Of a DNA stretch of 64,000 nucleotides, positions 41,363 through 54,900 are shown piece after piece. The notes under the pieces are model-generated. The model was not told the origin of the DNA. It saw nothing but the letters and a program-made list of their open reading frames with translations, and did no database searches. The first letter of the stretch is position 1. The number at the start of each line of letters is the position of its first letter. Made by a program: the position numbers and the translations under genes. Origin of the DNA: Girardia tigrina (Eukaryota); the NCBI GenBank assembly GCA_001938485.1, contig MQRK01243668.1:1-64000 (forward strand), in the 5' to 3' direction.

Positions 41363-41679
41363 ATTTTTTTGAGTATATTCTTTTTCGATTTGGTAAAAGG
41401 AAGTAGATGTTGTTTATGGTCATTGTAAAATTCTTCAAAACTAGTTCTGTACACTGCATCAAATGTTGGACATATAAAATATTCTTGTGAATAGAAATTG
41501 TACATGTAGTATTGGGATAAATTTGAATTCTAAAAAAAAAATAATTTATGTACGGAGCGAAAAAAAACTCACCATTTTGTAAATAAGATTTTAAAATAAT
41601 GACAAAGGTATTTTTAGGAAATTGATATATTGATTAAAATTCAAATTTGAAATTCAAATTTCGTTTACATAATGAATGC

Positions 41680-42848
41680 AATTCTTTGACGTGATGATTG
41701 CATAAACAATGCATGATGAATGCAATATGTTGACATGAAGGATGTATGACGATATCACCTTGGATACGGTCAACTTGTGGTCTATAAAGCCCATGCATTT
41801 TTAGGTATACTATATTTAGGTATACTACTAGGCTCATGTACTTTAGCAGATTATATAAATGTTATATATAATGTCTATTCCCGTTTTAAGTATAATATGA
41901 GTTTCACACATGTAGTTTTTACATATAAGATAAAAGGTTATTTATCTTGGTTATGGTAACCAACGTACTTGTGATTGTTGATGGAATACATTAGGCGATC
42001 CATGAGGTATTGTTTGATGGTAAATAACATTCATATAACACATGGGTTTCTTATATATACGAAAAAATTCATTTTTAAGCACTTTTTTGAGAATTTCAGA
42101 AATATTCGAAATGATTTTCGAAAATATTGACATGGAATCTGAATGTACGTATATGTGTTGATATTCTGCTTCCTTGTACCTCTAAAATCGATGTGCGTTT
42201 TATGTACATATACACATAATGCTAATTATTGGAAAAAGTAATCAATATATGAAATTTATAATTGAACATTCGGATATAGAATCAAAATGTGCATCAAACA
42301 CATGATATCGATTTTTGACACTAGCATTTTTAAAAAAAATTTATGTATTGATTTTTACACTTTTGCACATGTGCAGCTTAAAAAGCACTGTGCTAGCACA
42401 TTAAAAATGTGCGGCATGATGTGCACTATCGATTAGCAAAGTTTTGCACTGTTCAGTGATTGATTAGCATTTTTTTCTACGGTCGCTATGGATACGGTAA
42501 CCATTACCATAGTTACAACCGAATTGAATCACTGTATCCGTTCTTAATGAAAATGTCCCTTGGTTACCGTTGCTATGGTAACTAAGATCTTAGTTACCGT
42601 TGTTAGGGTGATCGGAACCGATGCTAAGGTGATCGGAACCGTTGCTGCCTAGGCTATGTTGTTCGGAACTGTTGTTATGGTGATTTCGACCGTTGCCATG
42701 GTGATCGCGACAGTTTCAATGGGATTACTGACCAATCAGAAGCGTTTTTGGGTAATCGCTACCGTTGCTATGTTAAACGGAACCGTTTCCATGGTAATGG
42801 ATGACCCTCCGTGGGGACTTGTGGGGAGAACGGCCATTTTCCCGTACT
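41680..42848 (-). repeat. right TIR of the Maverick
   Basis: Inverted match to 35697-36900. Inner boundary approximate. Confidence 0.9.
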
Positions 42849-45040
42849 TCGGATAAAATTGAAGAAGGAATTTTGAACGCTGGGATGTTTGGATGCTCTA
42901 ATGTATTATGATTTATATATTTTATTTGTTCATTTAATATATATTTTCAAAAAACTTATAAAATTATCATTATTTTATTTAGAAAAACATCTCTCTTTCC
43001 TTATTCAAAGACGATTCAAATCAACGTTTATTTAAAGGACATTTGCCTGAAATATTTATTGTTTGTATATAAAAATAAAAATATGATATAAATTAAAAAA
43101 ATAAATAATGTTTAAAATAAAAATTAAAATAAAATAATTAAATATTGTTCCTTTTTAAAATAATCAAATTTGTGACTCATCAAGTTAATATTTCAGGTCC
43201 TTGTGTATATTGATTGAATTATTTTTGTTGACTAATAAGCGAATGAAATGGCTCACTCTAATTGGTCGACCAATCACGAAGAGGCTTGGACCAGACTTAT
43301 TTTTGAAATTATGCTACTTATTAATTTACAATTTAATTTTTTTGAATTATTTAATTAAAAATTTGTTGATGTTTTGATTGGAATTTTGCTGAACTTTTTT
43401 TGCAATTTTGTCGAGCATTTGATTTGAAATTTTTTCCATAATTGAACTGAAATTTTGTTGGAAGTTAATTGTTTGAGTTTTTAGTCGAACATAAATTTGA
43501 TTTCTGAAATTTGTTGAACAGTAATTATTTTAAAATTTTGTTCAACCCTAAGTGCTAATTTTTTGAAATTTTATCAAACTTTAAAAGAATATCCGCATTA
43601 AAACGTCCCTGTGTCCAAATGTCCCGTATCCGAACATTAAGTACCGGATAAAATATTGAATAGATTGTACATTGTGGTAGCAAGAAGGATCATGACATAA
43701 AAGTCAGGATCGATCTGTTTGAGTTTAAGGTGCAATAATAGTCATAAATCGCATCAATGAATTTTTTGTAATAATGGCTGAAATAATTTTAATAAATATT
43801 GATTGTTTTAATAAGTCAATTTACTAAAAATATGGTTAAAGAATGAAACATGGTTTCATCTTTGGATAATAATAATTTTTACTTTTTAACTTTTACCGTC
43901 GATTATTTCTGATGGTAGTTCTGAAGGTCTTAGTGACGATAATACAAAATGCGGCAATACATGTTCACAACCCATGTTATTGTGTCTGAGTTATTAGTAT
44001 TATAATTATTATATTTGAATAAATACAAACCCGGTACTGACTGGAAACAGAAAACTGAATTGTCGAAATTTATTCAAAAAGACTTCGTAAATAAAAATTG
44101 CGAAAGATTAGAGAAGCAGAACCTGGATGGAAAGGTACCGAAAGAATAAGAGTTTGCTGCAAATTTTATGAAGATCATGTTTAATGATAATACTAGCGCA
44201 ATTGTATGGATACTGTCACTTATATCAAATAAATGTCTTTTCAGTCAAAAATATCTTTGGTCTCAATAACATCGAAAAAAATAAATACCTTAATGTAACA
44301 TTCTTCTTACTTAAAGAAAATTTTGATGAGGACTGACCCATTGAAAAATATCAATAAAATTTATATTCTAAAACCCCAATAGTTAAATTTATTAATAAAA
44401 TTCAAATAAGAAACCAGAATTTTCTTTTGCTTCATATTTTTTAATTACTTATATATAAATCTGTCCGTGTTAAAAGAGAGTAAAAATATTTGTAAAACAA
44501 TAAATAAATAAGACGAAAGATAAATATGTGTCAGAAATTGTTTCAGATGTATCACGGATGAGAGAGAATCTCTCCTTCATTTTGTGAAACGATATTTGTT
44601 GATTTCTTTTGACTTTATATAATTAAAATAACATTTAAGAATATTTTCAGTGTCTATCGAGAAGAATTATTTCCAGCTATCGCACTTAAAAATAATTTAT
44701 GTCCCTCCTCTTCGGTACTGCGAGCGGATAGCGATAATTCGGCAGCAGAAGAGATTGATATTTTTGCGTATCTTCTTTCAAGTTGAACATTTCCATACAG
44801 TTTTCATATGTTTCGTCACACATTTGGCAATTATTTGTCTTGTTGACACTTAAATTATTTCTATTATATCGCTTTTTTTTGAAATTGAAAATAATTAAAA
44901 ATTTTAAAATAATAAATTTTGAAAAAAATGATAAATATTATTTATTAATTTTTTAATAATAAAAAAATATAAAATTAAATTNNNNNNNNNNNNNNNNNNN
45001 NNNNNNNNNNNNNNNNNNNNNNNNNNNNNNNNNNNAAAAA

Positions 45041-45152
45041 GTAAGTTTTCCCGAAAATTCGAGGATGTGGGTTATACTTTTCATATAAATTTTTGATATT
45101 TTTAATGTGCGGGTTATACATTGGTGCGGGTTATATGCAAGAAATTAGGGTA
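45041..45152. mobile_element. pogo/Tc2-like terminal fragment next to an assembly gap
   Basis: Repeated G(C/T)GGGTTATA motif ending GAAATTAGGGTA, resembling a ...TACGGTA terminus. Confidence 0.45.
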
Positions 45153-45250
45153 TTATAAAAACAAATTAAAAATATAAAAGATTTATATTTGTAATACATT
45201 TTTGAAAATAAAAATTATTTATTTAAAAATCAAATTTAATAAATTATAAA

Positions 45251-45378
45251 ATGTTCAAGTCAATTTTTATTGAATATACATTAGTTTTTTTGTTTGAATT
45301 TATTAAATTACTTTTTTAAAATTTTTATATATACTTATATATATTTTAAATTAGCATTCTACCATTTTTGTTTAGTTC

Positions 45379-45421
<43 letters not shown>

Positions 45422-45562
45422 ATTATATATGTATATATATATAATCAGCTCAAAAGTTTATTAATGATTGTGTTCGAAAATCAGTAAAGAAACGACTAGA
45501 ATTTGTGGATTTAATAAATCATAATTACTTAGCAATATAATAATTCTAATAATTAATTCAAT
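45251..45562 (+). repeat. internally deleted copy of the kinase locus
   Basis: 45251-45390 matches ~21727-21862, and 45443-45562 matches ~22725-22843 (kinase 3' end). The two parts are joined by (TA)n. Confidence 0.85.
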
Positions 45563-45974
45563 AAAATATCCTTAAAGATTCTCAAAAAAATACATTTTCT
45601 AATGTTGATTAAGTAAAAAGAAAAATATAATTATTTTTTGTTGTTTCTCTCGTTTAATATAATTATTGCTGTTTTGTTAATAATGTTTTTTGAGGAATTT
45701 ATGAATTTTTAGTGTCTCTTTTCTGAGGCTTTGATTTTAAGTTTTGAAAGTTATTGTTACATGATGTTGTTTACAAAAATTAAATTCATTTTTGTTCTAA
45801 ACAAAAATATTTAATATATGTTAAATGCAGTTATATAATTTATGAAATATTGTATACAAACATTTAATTTAATAATGCAAATTGAATAATTAATCATGAA
45901 CCAAAAGTCATTTTGATATATGTCTTGTTTTCTAATTATTTTTTACTAAATTATGATATTTTATGTATATATCA

Positions 45975-46225
45975 AATGATAAGAAATGCCCAAATGATTG
46001 AAGGGTGTTTTTAGGTGCTAATCAAATTAAAGACCATCCTAAAAGTTCCTTTAGATTGTCAAAGATCAAAGAGTTGACTCTAAACAACCACATTACCAAC
46101 AGTACTTGCAACTTTAATCACTTAGTTGAACTCGATCTCAGTATTAAATTTTGCAATAAATTGCGAAGTCTTGAATTAAGTAATAACCCTATCAATAGAT
46201 TACCGTAAGAATTTGCTCTTTGAGG
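45975..46225 (+). pseudogene. leucine-rich repeat gene fragment
   Basis: FLGANQIKD.P, IKELTLNNHI, LVELDLS and LRSLELSNNPINRLP fit LxxLxLxxN repeats. Stops and deletions present. Confidence 0.6.
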
Positions 46226-49200
46226 AATTTTATTATGAGTAATTTAATGAAAAATCACTCTCAAAATCGCACTATGAGGGGTTAATTTTAAATTTTTATC
46301 TCACCTGAATAGTTTATTATTTTTTTTGATTTAAAGGGTAAAATATTTTTATGTTAATTTGCTTACTAAATATTTAAAAAATTAAAAATTATATAAGAAA
46401 AGAAAATCATAAAAAAGTAAAATATTTATTTAAAAATAAAAAATATCTTTAATGTATCTAAATAATATTAAATATCTAAAAATTAAAAATGNNNNNNNNN
46501 NNNNNNNNNNNNNNNNNNNNNNNNNNNNNNNNNNNNNNNNNCAGGGTTTTAAAAATTAAATCGAAAAGAATTTAATGGATTAATTTGGGTCGAGATAATT
46601 AAATTAAATTAACAGGAAAATTTGTTTTAGAAATGTGAATTGTTATAGTAATAAATTTTGTGGTGTTAAATCATGGCTCAAGAATATGATAATAATGAAA
46701 GTGGCATAAACGCTACTTACACGCACAATGATATGAAAAATCCATTCAACAATGTGTTTTGCAAGAATTTTTTCTATTAACCAAATGTATTAATATTTCC
46801 TCCCCTACGGCACCGATACCTTATATCGACGCCATTTCGCCACAGTCATGAAACTACGCGACTCACTCTGTTATCAATATATTTATTGACTCACAGATTA
46901 CACGTTTAAAAAATGTTAACATATTGAGTAAACTTTATTAAAATGTATATTTTTATAATATAACATTTTTTTAAACAATTCATTCAATTAGCTTATTGTT
47001 TCGACAAAGGAACGTTTTCACAAACGTTATCAATTGACTGTATAAGTTTTTGTAAGATTCCACAAAAAAAGTTCCGTTTTTCGAAGAAATCTCTGTCATT
47101 TCATTCCTAAATAAAAATAGAAATATATTTTACATTATTATAAATTTATATTTTTAATATAAATTTGAAGTTTAATTTATTTCATGATAAAATATATAAA
47201 TTTTGTTATTGGAAAATGTTAAATTAAAAAAATAAAATAGAAAATAAAGATTTAAAAACTGCGCTTTTATTCGGATTAAAAAACTAAAATAATTATTTTA
47301 AATTATCGTTATTTTTGGAACCTTAAATTATTATTATTAGTAAATGTCCGCGTTGTGACTTCCTATGACTCTTACTTGAGCCAATTTGTAAATTAAATTA
47401 CAAGTAAATTTTGAAAAATTAAGTAAATAAGTTTAAGTAAATCGAATAAATTAAATAATTTATTAAACAGATAAATTAAGTAAGATACTTAAATAAAGTT
47501 TTAACTAATAAATTTAGAAAAAAAAGTAATTAAAAGTAACATTAAATAAAATAATTAAAGTAAATTAAATTAAAAAAATATATACCTACGTAAATATTGT
47601 GATTAAATCATCACTTTCATTTGGTTTCGTGATGGAAGTTCAATTATCAGAGCAGCATGATTTTTTGTTGTTTTTGATTCAAATCGATTAATTGCAGTTA
47701 ATGGACTTGAAGGAGGTTCTTTGTAATGGACCAATTAGACTTGAATATTTGTTATGAAATTGATAAATGTATGTGTGTATGAATTAAATCCAATATCGAT
47801 TACATAATGCGAAATGTATGTTTGTGTGAATGAAATGGTCTGATTGGATGTGTGTGCATGTTTGTGCTTATGCGTAAATGTTTTTTGATAACAAAAATTT
47901 GTCACAATTTTTGCGAAAAAATGTTTGTTTAAAGCGATAAATTTCAATAAAAAAATTTTTGCGAATCTTTGAATTCGTTTGTTTATTGATTTAAATTATT
48001 ATCAATTATAAATGGATTACAAATTATTTTATTGAGAAATTGAAAATATTTTCGGATATACAAATTTGCAAATAAATTTATGGTTTTCTGTCGATTGAAC
48101 CATTGATTGAATGCTGATCAGTTTTTGGAATTGAATAAAAATTTTGAAAATAATGTTGAATTAATTCAAAAATATTTTAATTGTTATAATGCTGAATTAA
48201 AAGCAAATGAAAAACATCTTGACTTAATTACGTTGTTAATAAATGAATTAATTCAAGTGATTGGCCTAATATTAAGGCAATTTACAGATAAAAATTTAAA
48301 AATGATCAAATACGATTTACGATTCATTTACAAAAAATGTTCCTGTGAAGCTTCTACAGAAATAATAACATTAAATGAAACTCGATCAATTGCTCTGTTT
48401 AATCAGTGTTAGATGTAATACGTTATATGGACATACAAGACGATGAATCAAAAAACGTAGTGCAAAAGTTTTTTGGGCCTATGCTGGATTCGGATTTAAA
48501 TTGCAACAACGAAGAAAATCATATAATGAATTGAGATCACGATACAGTCGATAAACGTATGCATTGTCAATTAGTTTGTGTGATATTGGGAGCTATTCTT
48601 AATTGGATTCTTTTGAGTACAAACCAATTACTTCCACCATTTGCTAAAGATGATAATAATTCAACAGCCGCTGATGTAAAATCAATATCGAAATCTTCTC
48701 TAAATCAAATGTTTTCTCATGATTCTGTTGCTTATTTAACTTTAAAATCCATTTATGACAGAAAACTTGTGTTGTTTGGTTTATTAAATCTGGATCATTT
48801 GTTGCAACTGTGGATGAACCAATCACCCACTGATCAGAAAAGTTCAGAAAAAGAATTTTCAATAATCAAAGCTGAAAAACCTTCCTCTGAGATAAAACAG
48901 TAAAAAAAATGTTTACATAAATAAAAAGGAATTGTGAAAAAAGTTCAGAAATCGAACTTTAGAATATTAAAATTAAAAATCTAATAGTTGTCAATCGTTT
49001 GTTTGTAATGGGAATAAAAATAACTTACCAAATTTTGCCAGTTAAACCAATTTCAATGAGAAATTTGTGAATATAAAATGCGTTGAAAATGCGGAGAAAG
49101 AACCAAAGAGTTAGGGGTATCCGTTCAAAAAGCTGAAAATATCGGTCGCGGTCCGTCGAGAGAGCCTGACCGATGCATCGCACTAGTCTAAGAGGGAATG

Positions 49201-49889
49201 AAAGGTGAACAGGAAGATTGGGTGATATTGGGTAAAATAACAACAGGACCCAGAGACACGCCATGAATAACCGAGCGTTACGGCCACGTAATATTTACCA
49301 TGTTTAAAAAATTTGAGTTTTATGTAAAAAATGCTTTTCGAATAAAGAATTATTTTACAATACTCATATTTTATTGTGATTTGAAAAACGTTAATAAAAA
49401 AATTATTATTTAATACTTAAAAGTTGCTAAATTTTAAAATGTTGCTTTATTTAATAGCTACATAATATATACATCCTTTACATCGCAATCTTTTGTTTAT
49501 CTGAAAAAAAAGAATAATTTTTTAAAGTAAGAGCCTTTTCGAAAAAGTACAGAGACTCTTTGTCTTTTTGATTTATCTAAAACAAGTTTAATTTAGTTAA
49601 AATAATCTATAAATAAATGAAAGGAACTAAATTTAAAAAAAACATTAAGTAATATTAAAAATATTAATGTTAACCCATTATAACACAGCGTTCCTGTAGA
49701 GACCACAATTTATTAATTTAATTTTAACAATCAAAACTTAATAACAAAAAAATGTGTAAAAAATGCGAAATTTAATTTTTAAAAACAATGGAGTGAATCG
49801 ACAACATTAGAATAGAAAAAAATATCAGAAATTAATTTTAAAAAAAGCATTAATTAAATTAATATCAAAACTTGAAAGCCAATTGAAAA

Positions 49890-49930
49890 CATTTATTAAT
49901 TTCGACGGTTTAACCGTCATCATCAGAACA
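49890..49930 (-). ncRNA. minimal hammerhead ribozyme, inverted pLTR copy
   Basis: Minus strand reads GTT-CTGATGA-T-GACGGTTAAACCGTC-GAAA-TTAA-TA-AAT. Confidence 0.75.
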
Positions 49931-50412
49931 AATGATTTTTCAAACGAAATTTACTTATATAGTGCAGTTAGATAATTGCGTTAGATAATGCAATAAGTTT
50001 AAAAGTAATATCCCGTACCCAGAAAATTGAAAGAATGTTCGGCAATAAATCTCCAACGCCATTGGGATTGTGTTCGGATCTCATTTACCAATATACATAT
50101 AATTGGTATAACGCCACATACATTGTCACGTCATCTCTGTAAGAGAATCCAGGAACACAGTCGCAATGAAGGTGGAAGTAACATTGCAGGACATAGAAGA
50201 CATTGTAAAGGAGATATAACTTCACAACACTTTAAAATTCTGTGCACTGTGACATGTGAAGCGTTATATATTAGATCTTTGGATCCTAAAATTAACGTTC
50301 AAACTGCACTCTCTACAACTTTGTTGAGAGTTTTTAAATGATGTACTGATTACGTATTGATTGCATAATCATTAACTGCACTATATANGTAAATTTCGTT
50401 TGAAAAATCATT

Positions 50413-50453
50413 TGTTCTGACGATGACGGTTAAACCGTCGAAATTAATAAACG
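50413..50453 (+). ncRNA. minimal type I hammerhead ribozyme in Penelope pLTR
   Basis: GTT-CTGACGA-T-GACGGT(TAA)ACCGTC-GAAA-TTAA-TA-AAC: conserved core, stem II, palindromic stem III, and stem I GTT/AAC. Confidence 0.8.
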
Positions 50454-50669
50454 TTTTCAATTGGCTTTCAAGTTTTGATTTTAATAACTTGCCAATTTTA
50501 TTTCAATTTATTCACAATTAAATTAATGTTGTTTTAATAATTGTAATAATTTTTAAATTTATTTTGAAATAAATTTTTTTTTGTGCTGAATGCGTTTTCA
50601 ATTTCTCATCGCTAAATTTTCGATAAAAAACTGATTTTTATTTCTCGACCGACGTAAATTATCCTCTGA

Positions 50670-51061
50670 ATGATTACTCGTCGAATCCGTTCGGTTTCCA
50701 CGACAACCCATTTTTCAGCGCCTGGAATCAACGTCTTCGACTCGAAAATGTATTCGTTTCCTGAGTCCGATTCGATTTTCCAATCGTCTAATATCGGCAA
50801 CAATCACATCAACTCTACCAGGTTACTCAACCACTCGCTCTCAACCGGTTTCAATATGTCTCAATTGGATCAATCAGCGGCTAACAACAAGGGTGACAAC
50901 ATCACCAATCATATCAACAGCGCCAACGGCAAGGAATTCGATTTCCCCGTGCTATCATCGCGTCTCAGCTCGTTCGCCCTCAAATCGAATCGACGTCGTT
51001 CCGGAGCTGTCGTGCAAGATGGCGGCCCCCACTATATCCCAACGCCATCCGAAACCAGTAG
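50670..51061 (+). CDS. putative host exon, Ser/Asn-rich, unknown product
   Basis: GC-elevated 144-aa ORF in an AT-rich background with a possible GT donor near 51062. No recognisable domain. Confidence 0.35.
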
Positions 51062-51913
51062 GTTATTATTATTTTTGAACGGTGTCTCGCAAAACATACT
51101 CTAAGGTCACTGGTCGGTGATTGCACCCGTAGAGTTCCTACTGAGTCGGTGCAGCGAGAAAATTTTTTTGTGTTTATATAGATTTTTATTTTTTTAAATA
51201 ATTTCATTAATCTTTTTGTTACATCCTCTAAATCCTTGCTCTTATTTTTATTTCTTAAAAAAATGCCATTTATTTTATCCGTTTCACCAAAAAATTAAGA
51301 TTTTTCTTGATTTTTAAAAGATGAAACTTAATGGGTTAATAACTAACAGACAAAAGTATGACTTATACAAATATTGTAGTTACTGGTAGTCACAAATAAT
51401 TTTAAAAATAAGAGTTTGTCAGTTCAATTATCACTTGAATTATCAATTAAATCACTTGTCAGTCCGAACATTTTCTTTCTATTCAGTTGATAATTATAAG
51501 AAGGCTATAGGCAAAGTTTCTAAACTACCTTCTTTTGAAATTTACACCTTCAAACTATTACAAATTTAGGACTCATTCCAAACATTCTTGGTAATCATAA
51601 CCGAAATATAATCATATTACATCTCATCACCAACATACTAACTTGCCTCTCATACAGTACACAGAAATAAATGTTGATCAAAAAGAAAAGATGTCAGAAC
51701 TGCACAATGCAATACGAATAAATAGATTTTAAAAATAATAAAAAAGCTCGTTATTATATTAGAATTTATTACTATTATTAAAAGGTAAACTTTATAAAAT
51801 TTCTTTCGATTTTATTTGCATAATGAAGAAAGTCTATATTACAGTCTATATATATATTGATATAATTAACCAGAAATTATATCTATTTAAAAAGACTGAG
51901 TAAAACATCTCAC

Positions 51914-54900
51914 TTGTCGATTTCATGTCCAATTCCTATTGAAAATATATTAACTCCTAAAGATTTCAAGTCATTCGAAAACTGTTTGGGTTCAGGTCCG
52001 ATTGTATTGTGACCATCTGTTATCAGAAGAATATTAAATGGAACTTCCAATCTTCTTTGGGGATATAATTTCTGTAGAGTTGCATTTAAAGCAACACCAA
52101 TTGCTCTTTCAGATCCAAACTTTTGCATCTCATCAATAAGAAAAAGTTGCTCTAAAATTATGATCCTATGTAAACAAATTGAATAAATCATTCTTCTATT
52201 CTTACCATCAGAATTTGTTAGAAAAGTATAATCTATTTTTATTTCCTCAGAAAATCTAATAAAAGATATTCGGATTCCGTTATCTTTTTCAGTAAGTTCA
52301 TATATTAAATCACCCAAGAATACTTTCGCAATTTGAAATCCAGTTCGATTTACTGAGTCGGAAGAGTCAAGAAGAATCACAAGGTCTTGCTTTGATTCTA
52401 AGCATTCACTGTATCTCTCTTTCTCTATAATAAACTATTTATTTCAAAAAACTTTGTTTTAAATATATTTATTTATATAAATATTTAAATTTGAAATTTT
52501 TATTTATGGAAAACTTTTTTTACTCTTACATGTCATAATATTAGGGTTCCATGACAATTCGAAACACGACAATTCAATACAAGACAAATCGACACATTTT
52601 TATCATCTGAAACTAATTTATTCAAATTCAGATATAATATTCAAACTTTTAATTTATTATGATTATTAAAAACACCAACATGGGTTTTCGAACTTTTATT
52701 TTCAATACAATCAGAATTGTCTTTTGGACAACTCTCAGCAAAGCTTTCGTAATTCGACATCGTTCTAAATTGATAATTTTTAGTTAATGTTTTTCAATAA
52801 ACAACTATTCAAACAAATTTTTCATTATTTTCAGATTTTATTTTTAAAGTTCAATTTTGTTATTTTAGTAATAATTTTATCTACATATTAATTTTATTTA
52901 AAAAAGGATTTTATTTAAAGAAGAACATTTATTTAATGGATAGACTTTTCCTTTGAAAACGTGGATCTTAGTTTCTCTTCACAAGTTTCACCTGCCGCTG
53001 CTTCATATTTTAAATTTAATACATTTGGATGTTGAATTCATAACGGAACAAATCGATAAAACAATATGTTTGGTGTCCATTGCAATCATAAATATCAAGG
53101 GTGAGGAACTGATCAATGTATTCACCACGCTTAGACAGAAAATTATATGCACAGGATAAAGACATCACGACATTACAGAGCCGATAATGAGAAAACAGAG
53201 GGACGAGTATGAAGTTATCGAAAAGGTTCAGCAACTGTGTTACGGAAAAATTTTAGTGGGACATGACCTCCAACTAGAATTAAAAGCATTAAATATAAAT
53301 AAAAAAAGATTATTAAGAATTAGGGAATTATCTACGACGAGAACATTATATGAAATGGGTCAACAACCCAAAGCAGGTGGTACACTCTTCAAGCTTCAAA
53401 CATTAGCAAAGAATATCCTCAAGAGAAATATTCAAATTCCGGGACGCCACAACGCTTTGGAGGATGCTATAGCGATCAAGGATATCTACAAGGAAATCGC
53501 GCCAAATTATATCGATCAAAAGATTTGGAAATCCATGGAAGTAGACACCCAAAAAAGAAAAACAGTTCCGGATTGTAGAATTGTGATCAATGAAAAAAGG
53601 AGAAAAAGAAATCTTGAAGAAGAGTTAAAAATCTTGGAGTCAAATTTGGATCCATTGGTGGATCCCGTGGTGGAATTATTGGAAGAAGAAGATTTAATGG
53701 CGACGCTGACGGAGGAAATTTACGGTCAAGAAGAAGAGATAAAATCATCACGGGAAGAAGAAAAGGAGAATACTCAAGCGAATTTATTAATCAATGTTGG
53801 CACTCAAACCCATCGAAGAAAACACTCTGAGCGCGTGACTCAAACTTCAACGCCAACGTTGACCGAACAACGGATACAAGTCGCAAGCATAACTCCACAG
53901 AATCAAATAGAGGTAATGGGGAAAATTTACTACCTGGAGGCGTTGATTTATCGAGCGGAGACAGGGGAGAGATTGCTTCTGGATGGACTTGGAGTTTAGT
54001 TAATAAACTTTAATAACTTTTAGTTAATAATCTTTAGTTAATAAAAATTTTCATGTATTTTCAATTTGTGTTATTTATTTTTAATGAGTTTGGGTTGATT
54101 GATTTTGCATGAGCAGATAAGCCATGATTTGACGCGTGTAACATTCGTACTATTAGAGTTTTCTTTCTTGATTTTTTTTTCAACTTTTCTAAAATAACCC
54201 CTTCATTTAGTGGTTGTGATGTTACTTAATTTATGCTATGTTGTTATTACTGTAACAGATTTTTTCGTTACTCTAGTTTTATAAATAGTATATAGTTTTA
54301 TTATATTTGTAATATCATTTTTAATATCATTTTTAAATAAAATCTTATGTTTGAAGAAGGATATATAAGTTTGTTTTATACTATTTGAAAAGTAATTAGT
54401 TATTAAAAAGCTGAATGAATACCGTCGTTGCATTTTGTTCCTAATTTCGTTGACAGATCCAAAACAAGACAAGTGTCAGCAACTTTTTTAAAATTTGTGT
54501 TTGCAAGTACGACGGTTCCATTTTGACAATAATTCCCTCCTAAAACGTTTTCAGGACATTCTATAAAATCATCATTCCAAGTTCAAAATTTAAAATATAA
54601 TACCAAAATCATTTGTACAACCAGTTGATTTAATTGTTTTACGTTGTTCTGTACATTTTCCATCCAAATATTTATATTCTATTAGGATTGTATCTCTTCT
54701 GTTGTTTACGCACTTTTCATTTATGATGACATTTGATTTTACACATTTGAAGGCTGAAAAAATAAACATTAGCCACATTTATTCAAAACGGAAGAATGAT
54801 TTAACTTTTCTTAGAACAAATGTCTGATTTTACATTTTCCTCGATGTTTTTCAACTCTTCCGTTCCTTTTATTTCAATAATCGTATTCAAAGATGAAATC

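Larger units (their letters stand above)
35697..42848 (-). mobile_element. defective Maverick/Polinton element
   Basis: Starts AGTAG and ends GTACT. Identical 6-bp flanks TCGGAT at 35691-35696 and 42849-42854. Long imperfect TIRs and an internal pPolB pseudogene. Confidence 0.92.
49864..50480 (+). mobile_element. Penelope-like fragment (GIY-YIG) flanked by inverted pLTRs
   Basis: SRHLCKRIQEH...CEALYIRSLDPKINVQ. 49864-49970 is the reverse complement of ~50372-50480. Confidence 0.88.

Noticed and set aside
49141-49187. Hairpin followed by CTAGT (Helitron 3' end?)
   Set aside because: Single occurrence, large loop, and no 5' TC end or second copy identified.
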